Positions 1 to 10,807 of a stretch of 64,000 nt of DNA are shown here, piece after piece. Each line of letters starts with the position of its first letter. The first letter of the stretch is position 1. Position numbers and translations under genes: made by a program. Under the pieces are notes generated by a model. That model was not told the DNA's origin. It saw only the letters and a program-made list of their open reading frames with translations, and searched no databases. Origin of the DNA: Giesbergeria sp. (GTDB taxonomy: Bacteria; Pseudomonadota; Gammaproteobacteria; Burkholderiales; Burkholderiaceae_C); assembly GCA_023150295.1 (NCBI GenBank), contig JAKLLE010000007.1, positions 14,460-78,459 on the forward strand. The letters run 5' to 3'.

Positions 1-547
1 TCGGATCGAGCCCGGCAAAGGGCTCGTCGTACATCACCAGCTCGGGATCGAGCGCAATGGCTCGCGCCAGCGCCACGCGCCGGGCCATGCCGCCGGAAAT
101 CTGGCTGGGCATCAGCTCGCGTGCACCGCGCAGGCCCACCGCATGCAGCTTCATGAGCACAATGTCGCGCACCAACGCCTCGGGCAGGTCGGTGTGCTCG
201 CGCAGCGGGAAGGCCACGTTCTCGTACACACTCATGTCCGTGAACAGCGCACCGAACTGGAACAGCATGCCCATGCGGCGCCGCGCCGCATAGAGCTGGG
301 CCTGATCCATGCGGCCCACGTCCTGCCCATCAAAGCACACCTCGCCCTGCTGCGCACGCTGCTGGCCACCGATGAGGCGCAGCACCGTCGTCTTGCCGCC
401 CCCCGAGGCCCCCATGATGGCCGTGACCTTGCCGCGCGGGACGGTCAACGACACACCGCGCAGCACCGGGCGATCGCCATACCCAAAATGGACATTGCGC
501 AGCTCAATCAAAGCGTCGGGAAAAGTGGAGGTGCCGGAAGCAAGCAT
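1..547 (-). CDS. mlaF: ABC transporter ATP-binding protein, MlaF/Ttg2A type (runs off the left edge)
   Basis: Manual translation from ATG at 547: MLASGTSTFPDALIELRNVHFGYGDRPVLRGVSLTVPRGKVTAIMGASGGGKTTVLRLIGGQ..., then signature ISGGMARRVALARAIALDPELVMYDEPFAGLD. Not in the ORF track because no stop lies in the window. Confidence 0.8.
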   Translation of the reverse strand, partial: MLASGTSTFPDALIELRNVHFGYGDRPVLRGVSLTVPRGKVTAIMGASGGGKTTVLRLIGGQQRAQQGEVCFDGQDVGRMDQAQLYAARRRMGMLFQFGALFTDMSVYENVAFPLREHTDLPEALVRDIVLMKLHAVGLRGARELMPSQISGGMARRVALARAIALDPELVMYDEPFAGLDP

Positions 548-693
548 GGTGTGCAAACGCCTGCATGGCAGGGGGCGGGAGCAAGGCGTGCGAAGCCCGC
601 CATCATAGGGGAAAACCCTTTTCCGCTGCCGTAACCGTCTGTTCGCCCCTGCTGGGTATGATGACCGCCAGCCACTTTTTGCAACCACCTTCC

Positions 694-1095
694 ATGCCTG
701 AGCGCCCCCCTTCCACCCGCAGCCCCCTGCCACAGCAGACCAGCGGGCTGCACCTCATCGGTGACTTGCACGGCTGCCAAGGCGGCGGCGCCTGCATGCA
801 GGATGCCCCGGCCCTGGAAGCGCTGTGCCGCGCCGAAGTGGCGGCTGCCGGGCTCACGCCCGTGGGCAGCCTGTTCCACGCTTTTGCGCAGGGCGGTGGC
901 GTGACAGGGGTGGTGGTGCTGGCAGAGTCGCACCTGTGCGTCCACACCTGGCCAGAGGCGGCCTACGTCACGCTCGACGTGTACGTGTGCAACTATTCGG
1001 CCGACAACCGCGCCAAGGCGCAAGCGCTGTTCGCCGCCCTGGTGGCGGCCTTTGCACCGCAGCAGCCGCAGGTGCACAGCGTGGAGCGCGGCTGA
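694..1095 (+). CDS. speD: S-adenosylmethionine decarboxylase proenzyme (pyruvoyl-dependent, SpeD/SpeH family)
   Basis: GLHLIGDL...GGVTGVVVLAESHLCVHTWPE...LDVYVC, with the E|SH autocleavage motif. Start at 694 preferred over 565. Confidence 0.85.
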   Translation: MPERPPSTRSPLPQQTSGLHLIGDLHGCQGGGACMQDAPALEALCRAEVAAAGLTPVGSLFHAFAQGGGVTGVVVLAESHLCVHTWPEAAYVTLDVYVCNYSADNRAKAQALFAALVAAFAPQQPQVHSVERG

Positions 1096-1124
1096 GCCGC
1101 GCTGCCACCCCTGCCTCTCAGCAA

Positions 1125-2603
1125 TCAGCGCGGCAGGTCGCTGGCGCCCATCAGGAACTCGTCCACCGCGCGCGCGGCCTGGCGGCCTTCGCGGATGGCC
1201 CAGACCACCAGGCTCTGCCCACGGCGCATGTCGCCAGCGGCAAACACCTTGGGGGCATTGGTGGCATAGCCGCCGATGAAATCGGTGCTGGCCTTGGCAT
1301 TGCCACGCGCATCCTTCTCGACCCCGAAGGCGTCGAGCACGGCCGCCACCGGGCTCACAAAGCCCATGGCGAGCAGCACCATGTCGGCCTTGTATTCCTT
1401 TTCGGTGCCGGGGATCTCGACCAGCTTGCCGTCCTTGAACTCCACCTGCACTGTCTTCAGACCAGTGACCTTGCCGTTCTTGCCGACAAACTCCTTGGTC
1501 GAGATGGCGAACTCGCGCGTGCAGCCCTCTTCGTGGCTGGAGCTGGTGCGCAGCTTGAGTGGCCAGTAGGGCCAGACCAGGGGCTTGTTCTCCTGTTCGG
1601 GCGGCATGGGCATGACTTCGAATTGCGTCACGCTCTTGGCGCCGTGGCGGTTGCTGGTACCCACGCAGTCGCTGCCGGTGTCACCACCGCCAATCACGAT
1701 CACATGCTTGCCGTCCGCGCGCAACTGGCCCTTGAGCTTGTCGCCACCGTTGACCTTGTTCTGCTGCGGGAGGAACTCCATCGCGAAATGGATGCCGTCC
1801 AGGTCGCGGCCTGGCACGGGCAGGTCGCGGCTTTGCTCGGCACCGCCGGTGAGCAGCACCGCATCGAACTGCGCCTGCAATTGCTCGGGCGTGACGGTTT
1901 CCTTGGCCCAGTTGGTGACCTTGGAGTCCTTGCCCAGGCCGTCCTGCGCTGCACCGACGAACACGCCCGTGCGGATGGTGACACCCTCGGCCTGCATTTG
2001 CTGCACTCGGCGGTCGATGTGCGACTTTTCCATCTTGAAGTCAGGAATGCCATAGCGCAGCAGGCCACCCACGCGGTCGTTCTTTTCGAACAGCGTCACA
2101 TCGTGCCCGGCGCGCGCCAATTGCTGGGCTGCCGCCATGCCGGCCGGGCCGGAACCGACCACGGCCACCTTTTTGCCCGTCTTGAGCTTGGGTAGTTGGG
2201 GCTGTACCCAGCCATGCTCCCAGGCGCGGTCGATGATGGCGTGCTCGATGCTCTTGATGCCCACCGCGTCGTTGTTGAAGTTGAGCGTGCACGCCGCCTC
2301 GCAGGGTGCGGGGCAGATGCGGCCGGTGAACTCGGGGAAGTTGTTCGTCGAGTTCAGCACCGCAAACGCGTTTTTCCAGTCGCTGCGATAGACCAGGTCG
2401 TTGAAGTCCGGAATGATGTTGTTGACCGGGCAGCCGTTGTTGCAGAACGGCGTGCCGCAGTCCATGCAGCGCGCCGCCTGGATCTTGGCCTGTGCGTCAT
2501 CGACGCCGATGACGAATTCCTTGTAGTTCTTCAAGCGCTCGGCCACCGGCAGGTAGCCTTCCTCGACGCGCTCGTATTCCATGAAGCCGGTGATCTTTCC
2601 CAT
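1125..2603 (-). CDS. gltD: Glutamate synthase small subunit
   Basis: [10 protein letters not shown] start, CMDCG..FC Fe-S motif, GSGPAG and GGGDTG dinucleotide-binding motifs; follows gltB. Confidence 0.97.
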   Translation of the reverse strand: MGKITGFMEYERVEEGYLPVAERLKNYKEFVIGVDDAQAKIQAARCMDCGTPFCNNGCPVNNIIPDFNDLVYRSDWKNAFAVLNSTNNFPEFTGRICPAPCEAACTLNFNNDAVGIKSIEHAIIDRAWEHGWVQPQLPKLKTGKKVAVVGSGPAGMAAAQQLARAGHDVTLFEKNDRVGGLLRYGIPDFKMEKSHIDRRVQQMQAEGVTIRTGVFVGAAQDGLGKDSKVTNWAKETVTPEQLQAQFDAVLLTGGAEQSRDLPVPGRDLDGIHFAMEFLPQQNKVNGGDKLKGQLRADGKHVIVIGGGDTGSDCVGTSNRHGAKSVTQFEVMPMPPEQENKPLVWPYWPLKLRTSSSHEEGCTREFAISTKEFVGKNGKVTGLKTVQVEFKDGKLVEIPGTEKEYKADMVLLAMGFVSPVAAVLDAFGVEKDARGNAKASTDFIGGYATNAPKVFAAGDMRRGQSLVVWAIREGRQAARAVDEFLMGASDLPR

Positions 2604-2644
2604 GTCTGTGTCCTTTTGAATGTGTTCCTTGGCGGTAGGCCCGT

Positions 2645-5600
2645 TCAATGCGCGGTTTTTGCTACATTTTTTGTAGCGTTCGGCGCAGCTTTTTCGGGTG
2701 CCTGGGGCACTTTCTTTGCATTGATTTCAGACAGGGCCCGCTTGTATTCGAGCGGGAACACCTTGACGAACTTGGCACGCGAGGCGGCCCAGTGGTCCAG
2801 CAACTCGCGCGCGCGCTTGCTGCCGGTCCAGCGGTTGTGGTCTTCGAGCAGCTTGCGAAGCTGGGACTCGTCGCTCTGGTCGCGGTGCCAAATGGCACGC
2901 GGGACGCTGACCTCCTGCTCTTCAGCCGACAGCACGCGCTCCAGCGCCACCATGGCCTTGTTGCAGCGCGCCTCGAACTGGCCGTCCTCGTCGTACACAT
3001 AGGCAATGCCGCCGCTCATGCCTGCGGCAAAGTTGCGGCCAGTCTTGCCCAGCACCACCACGGTGCCGCCGGTCATGTACTCGCAACCATGGTCACCCAT
3101 GCCTTCGACCACCGCGGTGGCGCCCGACAGGCGCACAGCAAAGCGTTCGCCTGCCACACCGCTGAAGAAGGCTTCGCCACTGGTGGCGCCGTACATCACG
3201 GTGTTGCCCACGATGATGTTGCGCCAGGCATCACCCCGGAAGTCGATGCTGGGGCGCACCACCACGCGGCCGCCCGAGAGGCCCTTGCCGGTGTAGTCGT
3301 TGGCATCGCCGATCAGGTACAGCGTGACGCCATTGCACAGGAAGGCGCCAAAGGACTGGCCGCCCGTGCCTTCGAGCTGGATGCGGATGGTGTCGTCGGG
3401 CAAGCCATCGGGGTGCACGCGCGTGACGGCACCCGAGAGCATGGCGCCCACCGAGCGGTTGACGTTGCGCGCCACCTCGATGAACTGCACGCGCTCGCCC
3501 TTTTCAATGGCAGGGCGCGAGCGCTCGATGAGCTTGCGGTCCAGCGTGTGGTCGATGTTGTGGTCCTGCTTGTCCACGTGCAGGCGCGGCACTTCGGCTC
3601 CCACCAGGGGTTGCGCAAACAGGCGGGCAAAGTCCAGGCCGCGCGCCTTCCAGTGCTCCAGGCCCTTGCGCATGTCGAGCAAATCGGTGCGGCCGATCAG
3701 GTCTTCGAACTTGCGCACGCCCAGTTGGGCCATGATCTGGCGCACTTCCTCGGCGACGAAGAAGAAATAGTTGACCACGTGCTCGGGCTTGCCCGAGAAC
3801 TTGGCGCGCAGCACCGGATCTTGCGTGGCCACGCCCACCGGGCAGGTGTTGAGGTGGCACTTGCGCATCATCACGCAGCCTTCCACCACCAACGGAGCGG
3901 TGGCAAAGCCGAATTCGTCGGCACCCAGCAGCGCGCCAATGGCAACGTCACGGCCGGTCTTCATCTGGCCGTCGGCCTGCACGCGGATGCGACCGCGCAG
4001 GCGGTTGAGCACCAGGGTCTGCTGGGTTTCTGCCAGGCCGATCTCCCAGGGGCCACCTGCGTGCTTGATGGACGACCAGGGCGATGCGCCCGTGCCGCCG
4101 TCATGGCCGGCGATCACCACGTGGTCGGCCTTGCACTTGGCCACGCCTGCGGCGATGGTGCCCACGCCCACTTCGGACACGAGCTTGACCGAGATGTCGG
4201 CATGGGGCGCCACGTTCTTCAGGTCGTGGATGAGCTGTGCCAGGTCCTCGATGGAGTAGATGTCGTGGTGCGGCGGGGGCGAAATCAAGCCCACGCCGGG
4301 CACGCTGTGGCGCAGCTTGCCGATGTAGTTGGACACCTTGCCGCCGGGCAGCTGGCCACCTTCGCCGGGCTTGGCGCCCTGGGCCATCTTGATCTGGATC
4401 TGGTCGGCCGACGACAGGTACTCAGCGGTAACGCCAAAGCGACCCGAAGCCACCTGCTTGATCTTGGAGCGCAGCGAGTCACCGTCCTGCAGCGGCAGAT
4501 CGACCTCGACGTTCTCTTCGCCGATCACGCTCTTGAGGCTGTCGCCCTGCTTGATCGGGATGCCCTTGAGCTCCTGGCGGTAGCGGCGCTCGTCCTCGCC
4601 GCCTTCGCCGGTGTTGCTCTTGCCGCCGAGTCGGTTCATGGCCACGGCCAGCGTGGCATGAGCCTCGGTGGAGATGGAACCGAGCGACATGGCGCCAGTA
4701 GCAAACCGCTTGACGATGCCCTTGGCGGGCTCGACCTCATCGACCGGAATGGCCTTGGCCGGGTCGAACTTGAACTCGAACAGGCCGCGCAGCGTCATGT
4801 GGCGCTTGGTCTGGTCATTGATGATCTGGGCGTATTCCTTGTAGGTGCTCCAGTTGTTGGCGCGCGTGGAGTGCTGCAGCTTGGCAATCGCGTCGGGCGT
4901 CCACATGTGCTCTTCGCCGCGGGCGCGCCAGGCGTATTCACCGCCGGTGTGCAGCATGGTTTCGAGCACGGGGTCGTCGCCAAAGGCGGCCTTGTGCGTG
5001 CGGATGGCTTCCTCGGCAATCTCGAACACGCCAATGCCTTCCACGCGGCTGGCCGTGCCAGTGAAGTACTTTTGCACGGTTTCGGTGTTCAGACCGATGG
5101 CTTCGAAGAGTTGGGCACCGCAGTAGCTCATGTAGGTGCTCACGCCCATCTTGGACATGATCTTGGACAGCCCCTTGCCGATCGCCTTGACATAGTTGTA
5201 GATGGCTTTTTCGGGCGAGAGGTCGCCGCCCAGCTCCTTGTGCATGTCCACCAGGGTTTCCAGCGCCAGGTAGGGGTGCACGGCCTCGGCGCCATAGCCT
5301 GCGAGCACCGCGAAATGGTGCACTTCACGGGCGGAGCCGGTCTCTACCACCAAGCCTGCTGCGGTGCGCAAGCCCTCACGCACCATGTGCTGGTGGATGC
5401 AGGAGAGCGCCAGCAGCGCGGGGATGGCCACCTGCGCGGAGCTCACACCCCGATCGCTGAGGATCAGGATGTTGGCTCCGCCCCGGATAGCATCCACGGC
5501 CTGGGCGCACAGCGAAGCCAGCTTGGCCTCCACCCCCTCATGCCCCCAGGACAGCGGGTAGGTGATGTCGATGACTTCACTGCGGAACTTGCCCTGCGTG

Positions 5601-7378
5601 TAGTGACCAATGTCGCGCAGCTTGGCCATGTCGGCAAAGTCCAGCACAGGCTGGGACACTTCCAGCCGCATGGGCGGGTTGACCTGGTTGATGTCCAGCA
5701 GGTTGGGCTTGGGGCCGATGAAGCTGTTGAGCGACATCACGATGGCCTCGCGAATCGGGTCGATCGGCGGGTTGGTCACCTGGGCGAACAACTGCTTGAA
5801 GTAGTTGAACAGCGGCTTGTTCTGGCTGGAGAGCACAGCCAGCGGGCTGTCGTTGCCCATGGAGCCGATGCCTTCTTCGCCGTTCTGCGCCATAGGCGCC
5901 ATGAGGAACTTGATGTCCTCCTGCGAATAGCCAAAGGCCTGCTGGCGGTCCAGCAAGGGCATCTCAGCCTTTGGCGCAGAAGCGGCCTGGCCGTCGGCCT
6001 CGATGTTGTCCAGCTTGATGCGCAGGTTCTCGATCCACTGCTTGTAGGGCTTGGTGTTGACGATGTTGGCCTTGAGCTCGTCGTCTTCGATCAGGCGGCC
6101 CTGCTCCAGGTCGATGAGGAACATCTTGCCCGGCTGCAGGCGCCATTTGCGCACGATCTTGTTCTCGGGCACGGGCAGCACGCCCGACTCGGATCCCATG
6201 ATGACGAGGTCGTCATCGGTGATGCAGTAGCGCGAGGGACGCAGGCCATTGCGGTCCAGCGTGGCGCCGATCTGGCGGCCGTCAGTAAACACGATAGAGG
6301 CCGGGCCGTCCCAGGGCTCCAGCATGGCGGCGTGGTACTCATAGAAGGCGCGGCGGCGCTCGTCCATGGTGGTGTGTTGCTCCCAGGGTTCGGGAATCAT
6401 CATCATCACGGCCTGGCTGATGGGGTAGCCCGCCATGGTCAGCAGCTCCAGACAGTTGTCGAACGTGGCCGTGTCGGACTGGTCGGCAAAGCTGATGGGG
6501 TAGAGCTTTTTCAGGTCGGCTGCCAGCACGGGCGAGGACATGACGCCCTCGCGCGCCTTCATCCAGTTGTAGTTGCCCTTGACGGTGTTGATTTCCCCGT
6601 TGTGCGCCACATAGCGGTAGGGGTGGGCCAGCGGCCATTCGGGGAAGGTGTTGGTGGAAAAGCGCTGGTGCACCAGACCCACGGCCGACACGCAGCGCTC
6701 GTCCTGCAGGTCCAGGTAGTACTGGCCCACCTGGTCGGCCAGCAGCAGCCCCTTGTACACCACGGTGCGGCTGCTCATGCTGGGGACGTAGTATTCCTTG
6801 CTGTGCTTGAGGCCCAGCGCCTGGATGGCGGCACTGGCCGTCTTGCGGATCACGTAGAGCTTGCGTTCCAGCGCGTCCTGCACGATCACATCGGAACCAC
6901 GACCGATGAACAGCTGGCGCAGGATGGGCTCCTTGGCGCGCACCGTGGGCGACATGGGCATGTCGCGGTTCACAGGCACATCGCGCCAGCCCAGCAGCAC
7001 CTGGCCTTCGGCCTTGATGGCGCGCTCCAGCTCCTGTTCGCAGGCCAGGCGAGAAGCGTGCTCCTTGGGCAGGAACACCATGCCCACACCATATTCGCCT
7101 GCCGGGGGCAGCGCCACGCCTTGCTTGGCCATTTCTTCGCGGTAAAGCTGGTCAGGAATCTGGATCAGGATGCCCGCGCCATCGCCCATCAGCTTGTCTG
7201 CACCCACAGCGCCACGGTGGTCGATGTTTTCCAGGATCTTGAGCGCCTGCGTCACGATGTCGTGGCGCTTGACGCCCTTGATGTGCGCCACAAAGCCCAG
7301 GCCGCAGGCGTCGTGTTCGTGGGCGGTCGAATACAGACCGTGCTCTTTCAGGTGTTCAATCTCGGCAGCCGTGGTCAT
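2645..7378 (-). CDS. gltB: Glutamate synthase large subunit
   Basis: 1577 aa; HDACGLGF Ntn catalytic Cys, [35 protein letters not shown] 3Fe-4S motif. Confidence 0.98.
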   Translation of the reverse strand: MTTAAEIEHLKEHGLYSTAHEHDACGLGFVAHIKGVKRHDIVTQALKILENIDHRGAVGADKLMGDGAGILIQIPDQLYREEMAKQGVALPPAGEYGVGMVFLPKEHASRLACEQELERAIKAEGQVLLGWRDVPVNRDMPMSPTVRAKEPILRQLFIGRGSDVIVQDALERKLYVIRKTASAAIQALGLKHSKEYYVPSMSSRTVVYKGLLLADQVGQYYLDLQDERCVSAVGLVHQRFSTNTFPEWPLAHPYRYVAHNGEINTVKGNYNWMKAREGVMSSPVLAADLKKLYPISFADQSDTATFDNCLELLTMAGYPISQAVMMMIPEPWEQHTTMDERRRAFYEYHAAMLEPWDGPASIVFTDGRQIGATLDRNGLRPSRYCITDDDLVIMGSESGVLPVPENKIVRKWRLQPGKMFLIDLEQGRLIEDDELKANIVNTKPYKQWIENLRIKLDNIEADGQAASAPKAEMPLLDRQQAFGYSQEDIKFLMAPMAQNGEEGIGSMGNDSPLAVLSSQNKPLFNYFKQLFAQVTNPPIDPIREAIVMSLNSFIGPKPNLLDINQVNPPMRLEVSQPVLDFADMAKLRDIGHYTQGKFRSEVIDITYPLSWGHEGVEAKLASLCAQAVDAIRGGANILILSDRGVSSAQVAIPALLALSCIHQHMVREGLRTAAGLVVETGSAREVHHFAVLAGYGAEAVHPYLALETLVDMHKELGGDLSPEKAIYNYVKAIGKGLSKIMSKMGVSTYMSYCGAQLFEAIGLNTETVQKYFTGTASRVEGIGVFEIAEEAIRTHKAAFGDDPVLETMLHTGGEYAWRARGEEHMWTPDAIAKLQHSTRANNWSTYKEYAQIINDQTKRHMTLRGLFEFKFDPAKAIPVDEVEPAKGIVKRFATGAMSLGSISTEAHATLAVAMNRLGGKSNTGEGGEDERRYRQELKGIPIKQGDSLKSVIGEENVEVDLPLQDGDSLRSKIKQVASGRFGVTAEYLSSADQIQIKMAQGAKPGEGGQLPGGKVSNYIGKLRHSVPGVGLISPPPHHDIYSIEDLAQLIHDLKNVAPHADISVKLVSEVGVGTIAAGVAKCKADHVVIAGHDGGTGASPWSSIKHAGGPWEIGLAETQQTLVLNRLRGRIRVQADGQMKTGRDVAIGALLGADEFGFATAPLVVEGCVMMRKCHLNTCPVGVATQDPVLRAKFSGKPEHVVNYFFFVAEEVRQIMAQLGVRKFEDLIGRTDLLDMRKGLEHWKARGLDFARLFAQPLVGAEVPRLHVDKQDHNIDHTLDRKLIERSRPAIEKGERVQFIEVARNVNRSVGAMLSGAVTRVHPDGLPDDTIRIQLEGTGGQSFGAFLCNGVTLYLIGDANDYTGKGLSGGRVVVRPSIDFRGDAWRNIIVGNTVMYGATSGEAFFSGVAGERFAVRLSGATAVVEGMGDHGCEYMTGGTVVVLGKTGRNFAAGMSGGIAYVYDEDGQFEARCNKAMVALERVLSAEEQEVSVPRAIWHRDQSDESQLRKLLEDHNRWTGSKRARELLDHWAASRAKFVKVFPLEYKRALSEINAKKVPQAPEKAAPNATKNVAKTAH

Positions 7379-7421
7379 GGCGCACTCCTCTTTTCATTCG
7401 CGGGAACGCAAGCTTAGTGCA

Positions 7422-7509
7422 TTGCAACATCTTGTGGCAAGCAGAATAAATGGGGTCAGATACTAATACAGAATCAAAATCGAATTTTGCAAATTAATTG
7501 GGGACACAT
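7422..7509. promoter_or_regulatory. AT-rich gltB upstream region with an imperfect palindrome and two direct repeats
   Basis: TTGCAACA-tct-TGTGGCAA at 7422-7440; AAATGGGGTCAGAT (7448-7461) and AATTGGGGACACAT (7496-7509), 48 bp apart. Confidence 0.4.
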
Positions 7510-7544
7510 TAAAACTTCACGCTATTCGGGCCAGCGGATGCTTG

Positions 7545-8246
7545 TTATGCCGCAGCGGGTGGGCGTCGCGGCCGCCCAGGGCGGGCTTGCGTGAGTCTGC
7601 GTGTAGGCCCCTGTGCAGCCAATGCCGCCAGGTACGCTGGACTGCCCAAAGCCCACCCGCCACGCACTGCACTCTCCATGCGGTGCCACTGCGTTTCCGC
7701 CAAACCGTTGCGTACCTGCTCGGCGTAGGCGTTTTCGCGGTCAAAGGGGGTGTTTCCCAAGGCCCAGTACAACGCATGGGGTGTGACCACACGATCCGTC
7801 CACACACCTCGGTAATGCGAATGGCTGGACCAGGGCCAGTCTTGCGCCTGGGCGGCCAGCCCTTCGCGCACCGGCGCCAGATCCATGCCCACCATGGTCT
7901 GCAGCAAATAGGCTTCGGCCTCCAGCACCGACGAGCGAAAGCGCCCCTCCCACAGGGTGCCGCTGCGCCCGTGCCGCCGGTTGAAGTAACGCACATAGCT
8001 GCGTCCCAGCGCCTGCACCATCATCGACACCCCTTGCGCCGACGTAGGGGTGACCAGCAGGTGGTAACGGCTTTCCAGCAGCACATAGGCATGTACCGCC
8101 ACTTGATACTGGCGAGCGCATTCCGCCAAGGTGTGCAGAAAGGTGTCTCGATCCTCGGCGTCCAGAAAAATAGGCTGCCGGTTGTTGCCCTGCTGCAGCA
8201 CATGGTGCACTTGTCCTGGCAGGGAGAGTCGGGAGAGTCGGGCCAT
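7545..8246 (-). CDS. RAYT / IS200-like Y1 tyrosine transposase homologue, catalytic motifs apparently degenerate
   Basis: MARLSRL..PGQVHHV.QQGNNRQPIF, HAYVL..., YFNRRHGRSGTLWEGRF, DWPWSS motifs. HuH reads SRYH and the expected YxxxNP segment reads GMDLAP. Confidence 0.8.
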   Translation of the reverse strand: MARLSRLSLPGQVHHVLQQGNNRQPIFLDAEDRDTFLHTLAECARQYQVAVHAYVLLESRYHLLVTPTSAQGVSMMVQALGRSYVRYFNRRHGRSGTLWEGRFRSSVLEAEAYLLQTMVGMDLAPVREGLAAQAQDWPWSSHSHYRGVWTDRVVTPHALYWALGNTPFDRENAYAEQVRNGLAETQWHRMESAVRGGWALGSPAYLAALAAQGPTRRLTQARPGRPRRPPAAA

Positions 8247-8320
8247 GGGTCAAAAATGGGCGCCGGATCGGCGCATCAAGCTTGCGGCTCCATGCCATAC
8301 TCCCGGCACAGGAGAGCGAC

Positions 8321-8647
8321 ATGAAAACCTTGCACATTGCACTGATCTCTTTGGTGGCCGCCACTGCCCTCGGCGCTTGCACCTCCAACGGCACCTACGT
8401 TGCCAGCCCCCACGAGCGGCACCGCGCCGCCGCCATGGATCTGGACACCGCGGCCCGGGTCAAGGCACGTATCCGCGCCGATGAGCGGCAAGTTTTGCGC
8501 GACACCGTGCATGTCAACGTCGTGAACGGCCAGGCCGAACTGCTTGGCGAAGCCCGCTCTGCCGAAGAGCGCCAGATGGCCGAGACAGTGGCCCTTCAGA
8601 CGCATGGCATCAAGGGTGTCAAAAACCTCATGACGCTGCGCCGCTGA
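8321..8647 (+). CDS. BON-domain lipoprotein (OsmY-like)
   Basis: GGAG SD, lipobox-like ALGAC, then D..TAARVKARI...VHVNVVNGQAELLG...A...HGIKGVKN BON pattern. Confidence 0.75.
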   Translation: MKTLHIALISLVAATALGACTSNGTYVASPHERHRAAAMDLDTAARVKARIRADERQVLRDTVHVNVVNGQAELLGEARSAEERQMAETVALQTHGIKGVKNLMTLRR

Positions 8648-9542
8648 TCTCGGCACTGCCGTCCTCCGCCAGCCCAAAACGGGGGGCCATCGCCCGCTCC
8701 AACCCGAACTGCTGCAGGATTTCCTGCAGGCGTTCTCGTGCGCTGCGTTTGCGCTGGCCCGTGTAGCGCGCAATGATGAGTTCGTTCTTCATGCTGTGCT
8801 CCCAACCCACCAACTCGGTGACGGTCACCTGGTAGCCACTGGCCTCCAAGTACAGGCATCGCAGCACATTGGTGATTTGGCTGCCGATTTCCCTGGTGTG
8901 CAAGGGGTGGCGCCACAGCTCTGCCAGCGGAGTGCGCGCCAGTTGCAGGGCTTTGTTGCGCCGCAAATGGGCTGCCGCCTCGGCTTGGCAGCAGGGAACG
9001 ATGGCCATGGCCCGTGCATGCTTGCGCAAGCCAAAGGCTATGGCATCGTCGGTGGCGGTGTCGCAGGCATGCAGCGCTGTCACCAGATCGATACGATCGG
9101 GCAGCGTTTCGGATTCCGTGGCCTGTGCCACCGAGAGGTTCAGAAAGGACATGCGCCCGAAGGCCAATCGCTCGGCAAGTTGGCGCGAGTGATGCACGAG
9201 TTCCTGGCGCGACTCGATGCCATAGATGTGCCCACGCCCCAGCGGCTTGAAAAACAGGTCGAACAGGATAAACCCCAAGTAGGATTTTCCAGCGCCATGG
9301 TCCGCCAGGCTGGGCGCATGCCCGTCTTCAGACAAATCCTGCAACAAGGGCTCAATGAACTGGTACAGGTGGTAAACCTGCTTGAGCTTGCGGCGGGAGT
9401 CCTGGTTCAGACGCCCATCGCGCGTCAAAATGTGCAGCTCTTTCAACAACTCGACTGACTGCCCGGGTCGCAGTGAGGGCAATAGCTCTTGCAGCGGAGT
9501 TTCCGTTCGGGCCTTGGCGGTCTTGGGGGCAGTGGGTTTCAT
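8628..9542 (-). CDS. SAM-dependent methyltransferase (Methyltransf_32-like)
   Basis: DHGAGKSYLG motif I, ALHACDTATD, VPCC motifs. The 3' end overlaps the convergent BON gene by 20 nt. Confidence 0.8.
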   Translation of the reverse strand: MKPTAPKTAKARTETPLQELLPSLRPGQSVELLKELHILTRDGRLNQDSRRKLKQVYHLYQFIEPLLQDLSEDGHAPSLADHGAGKSYLGFILFDLFFKPLGRGHIYGIESRQELVHHSRQLAERLAFGRMSFLNLSVAQATESETLPDRIDLVTALHACDTATDDAIAFGLRKHARAMAIVPCCQAEAAAHLRRNKALQLARTPLAELWRHPLHTREIGSQITNVLRCLYLEASGYQVTVTELVGWEHSMKNELIIARYTGQRKRSARERLQEILQQFGLERAMAPRFGLAEDGSAEISGAAS

Positions 9543-9577
9543 GTGCGGTGATTTCGGGGGTGCACACCTTGCGGGCA

Positions 9578-10750
9578 TTACCCCAGCAGGCGCTGACCGG
9601 TCAACCGCTCGTGCTCTTTCACGGCAAAGCGGTCGGTCATGCCAGCGATGAAGTCTGCCACAACCCGCGCACGCTCCGAGGCGGTGTTTGCCTCAGCCCA
9701 ACGCTGCAAAAAAACGGGCTTCATGGCCTGCGGTTGCTGCGTGTAGGCGGCGAAGAGCTCACGCACCACTTGGCGTGCGCTGTCCGTGGTCTGCACCACC
9801 TGCGGGTGGCGATACAGGTGGGCAAACAAAAAACGTTTGAGCGCCTGCGATTGGTCGTGCATTTCTGAGCTGAAGCGCACGAGCACGGGCATGGTGCGTA
9901 CCTCGCTCACATGGCCCGGGCAATGGTCCTGCAAGGCCTGCCGGGTGGCATCTATCACGTCATACACCTGGGCGCTGAGCATACGCCGTATCGTCTCGTA
10001 CAACAGACGGTGCTGCGACCCGGCAGCCGCCAGAGCAGGATACTCCGCAAGTGCCTGCTGCCTGCGTGTTTCAAACAAGGGGATGGCCTGGAGCTGCTCC
10101 AGAGTGAGAAGGCCCGAGCGCACGCCATCGTCGATGTCGTGGGCGTTGTAGGCGATTTCATCGGAGAGGTTACACAACTGCGCTTCCAGGCTGGGCTGTT
10201 GGCGCAACAGGAATCGGGCTCCCACACCGCCGGGCTCGTCCACCTCCAACACCCGCGCGTGCGTAGCCGAGCAGTGCTTCAAAATCCCTTCGCGGGTTTC
10301 GAAGCACAGGTTGAGCCCATCGAACTGGGGGTAGCGCCGCTCCAGCCGATCCACCACCCGCAGGCTTTGGAGGTTGTGTTCGAAGCCCCCATGCTCCGCC
10401 ATACAGGCGTGGAGTTGATCCTGCCCTGCGTGCCCAAAAGGCGTGTGCCCCAGGTCGTGCGCCAGGCAGATCGCCTCGACCAGGTCTTCATTCAAACGCA
10501 GGGAACGCGCGATGGAGCGCCCCAATTGGGCCACTTCAATCGAATGGGTGAGCCGGGTGCGAAACAAGTCGCCCTCATGATTCAGAAAAACCTGTGTTTT
10601 GTAAACCAGGCGCCGGAATGCCGTGGAGTGAACAATGCGGTCGCGATCCCTCTGGTACGGCGTACGGGTCGGCGCGGGCTCTTCGGGATACCGGCGCCCT
10701 CGCGACTGCTGGGGATCGCACGCGTACGGCGCAAGGCCCGCTTCATGCAT
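9578..10750 (-). CDS. dgt: Deoxyguanosinetriphosphate triphosphohydrolase (HD family)
   Basis: RDRDRIVHSTAFRRL, RTRLTHSIEV, HDLGHTPFGH, DFIAGMTDRFA. Confidence 0.93.
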   Translation of the reverse strand: MHEAGLAPYACDPQQSRGRRYPEEPAPTRTPYQRDRDRIVHSTAFRRLVYKTQVFLNHEGDLFRTRLTHSIEVAQLGRSIARSLRLNEDLVEAICLAHDLGHTPFGHAGQDQLHACMAEHGGFEHNLQSLRVVDRLERRYPQFDGLNLCFETREGILKHCSATHARVLEVDEPGGVGARFLLRQQPSLEAQLCNLSDEIAYNAHDIDDGVRSGLLTLEQLQAIPLFETRRQQALAEYPALAAAGSQHRLLYETIRRMLSAQVYDVIDATRQALQDHCPGHVSEVRTMPVLVRFSSEMHDQSQALKRFLFAHLYRHPQVVQTTDSARQVVRELFAAYTQQPQAMKPVFLQRWAEANTASERARVVADFIAGMTDRFAVKEHERLTGQRLLG

Positions 10751-10806
10751 AAAATACGCTCACAAAGCCCATCAATAAAGCGCAAGCAGCTATAATTTTT
10801 ATAGCA
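10751..10806 (-). repeat. 56-bp REP-like double-hairpin element, copy 1
   Basis: TGCTAT-N7-ATAGCT...GCGC-N11-GCTT; fills the aroB-dgt gap. Confidence 0.75.
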
Positions 10807-10807
10807 A

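Noticed and set aside
607-619. AGGG-N5-CCCT palindrome between mlaF and speD
   Set aside because: Single short instance; cannot be distinguished from chance here.
2648-7417. 1589-aa plus-strand ORF, and similar long antisense ORFs (e.g. 13411-15462, 26196-28226, 31770-33572, 58134-60092)
   Set aside because: Shadow ORFs opposite well-supported genes, expected at high GC; no recognisable motifs.
7545-8246. Active IS200/RAYT mobilising the 56-bp repeats
   Set aside because: Catalytic residues look lost and no copy of that repeat flanks the gene.
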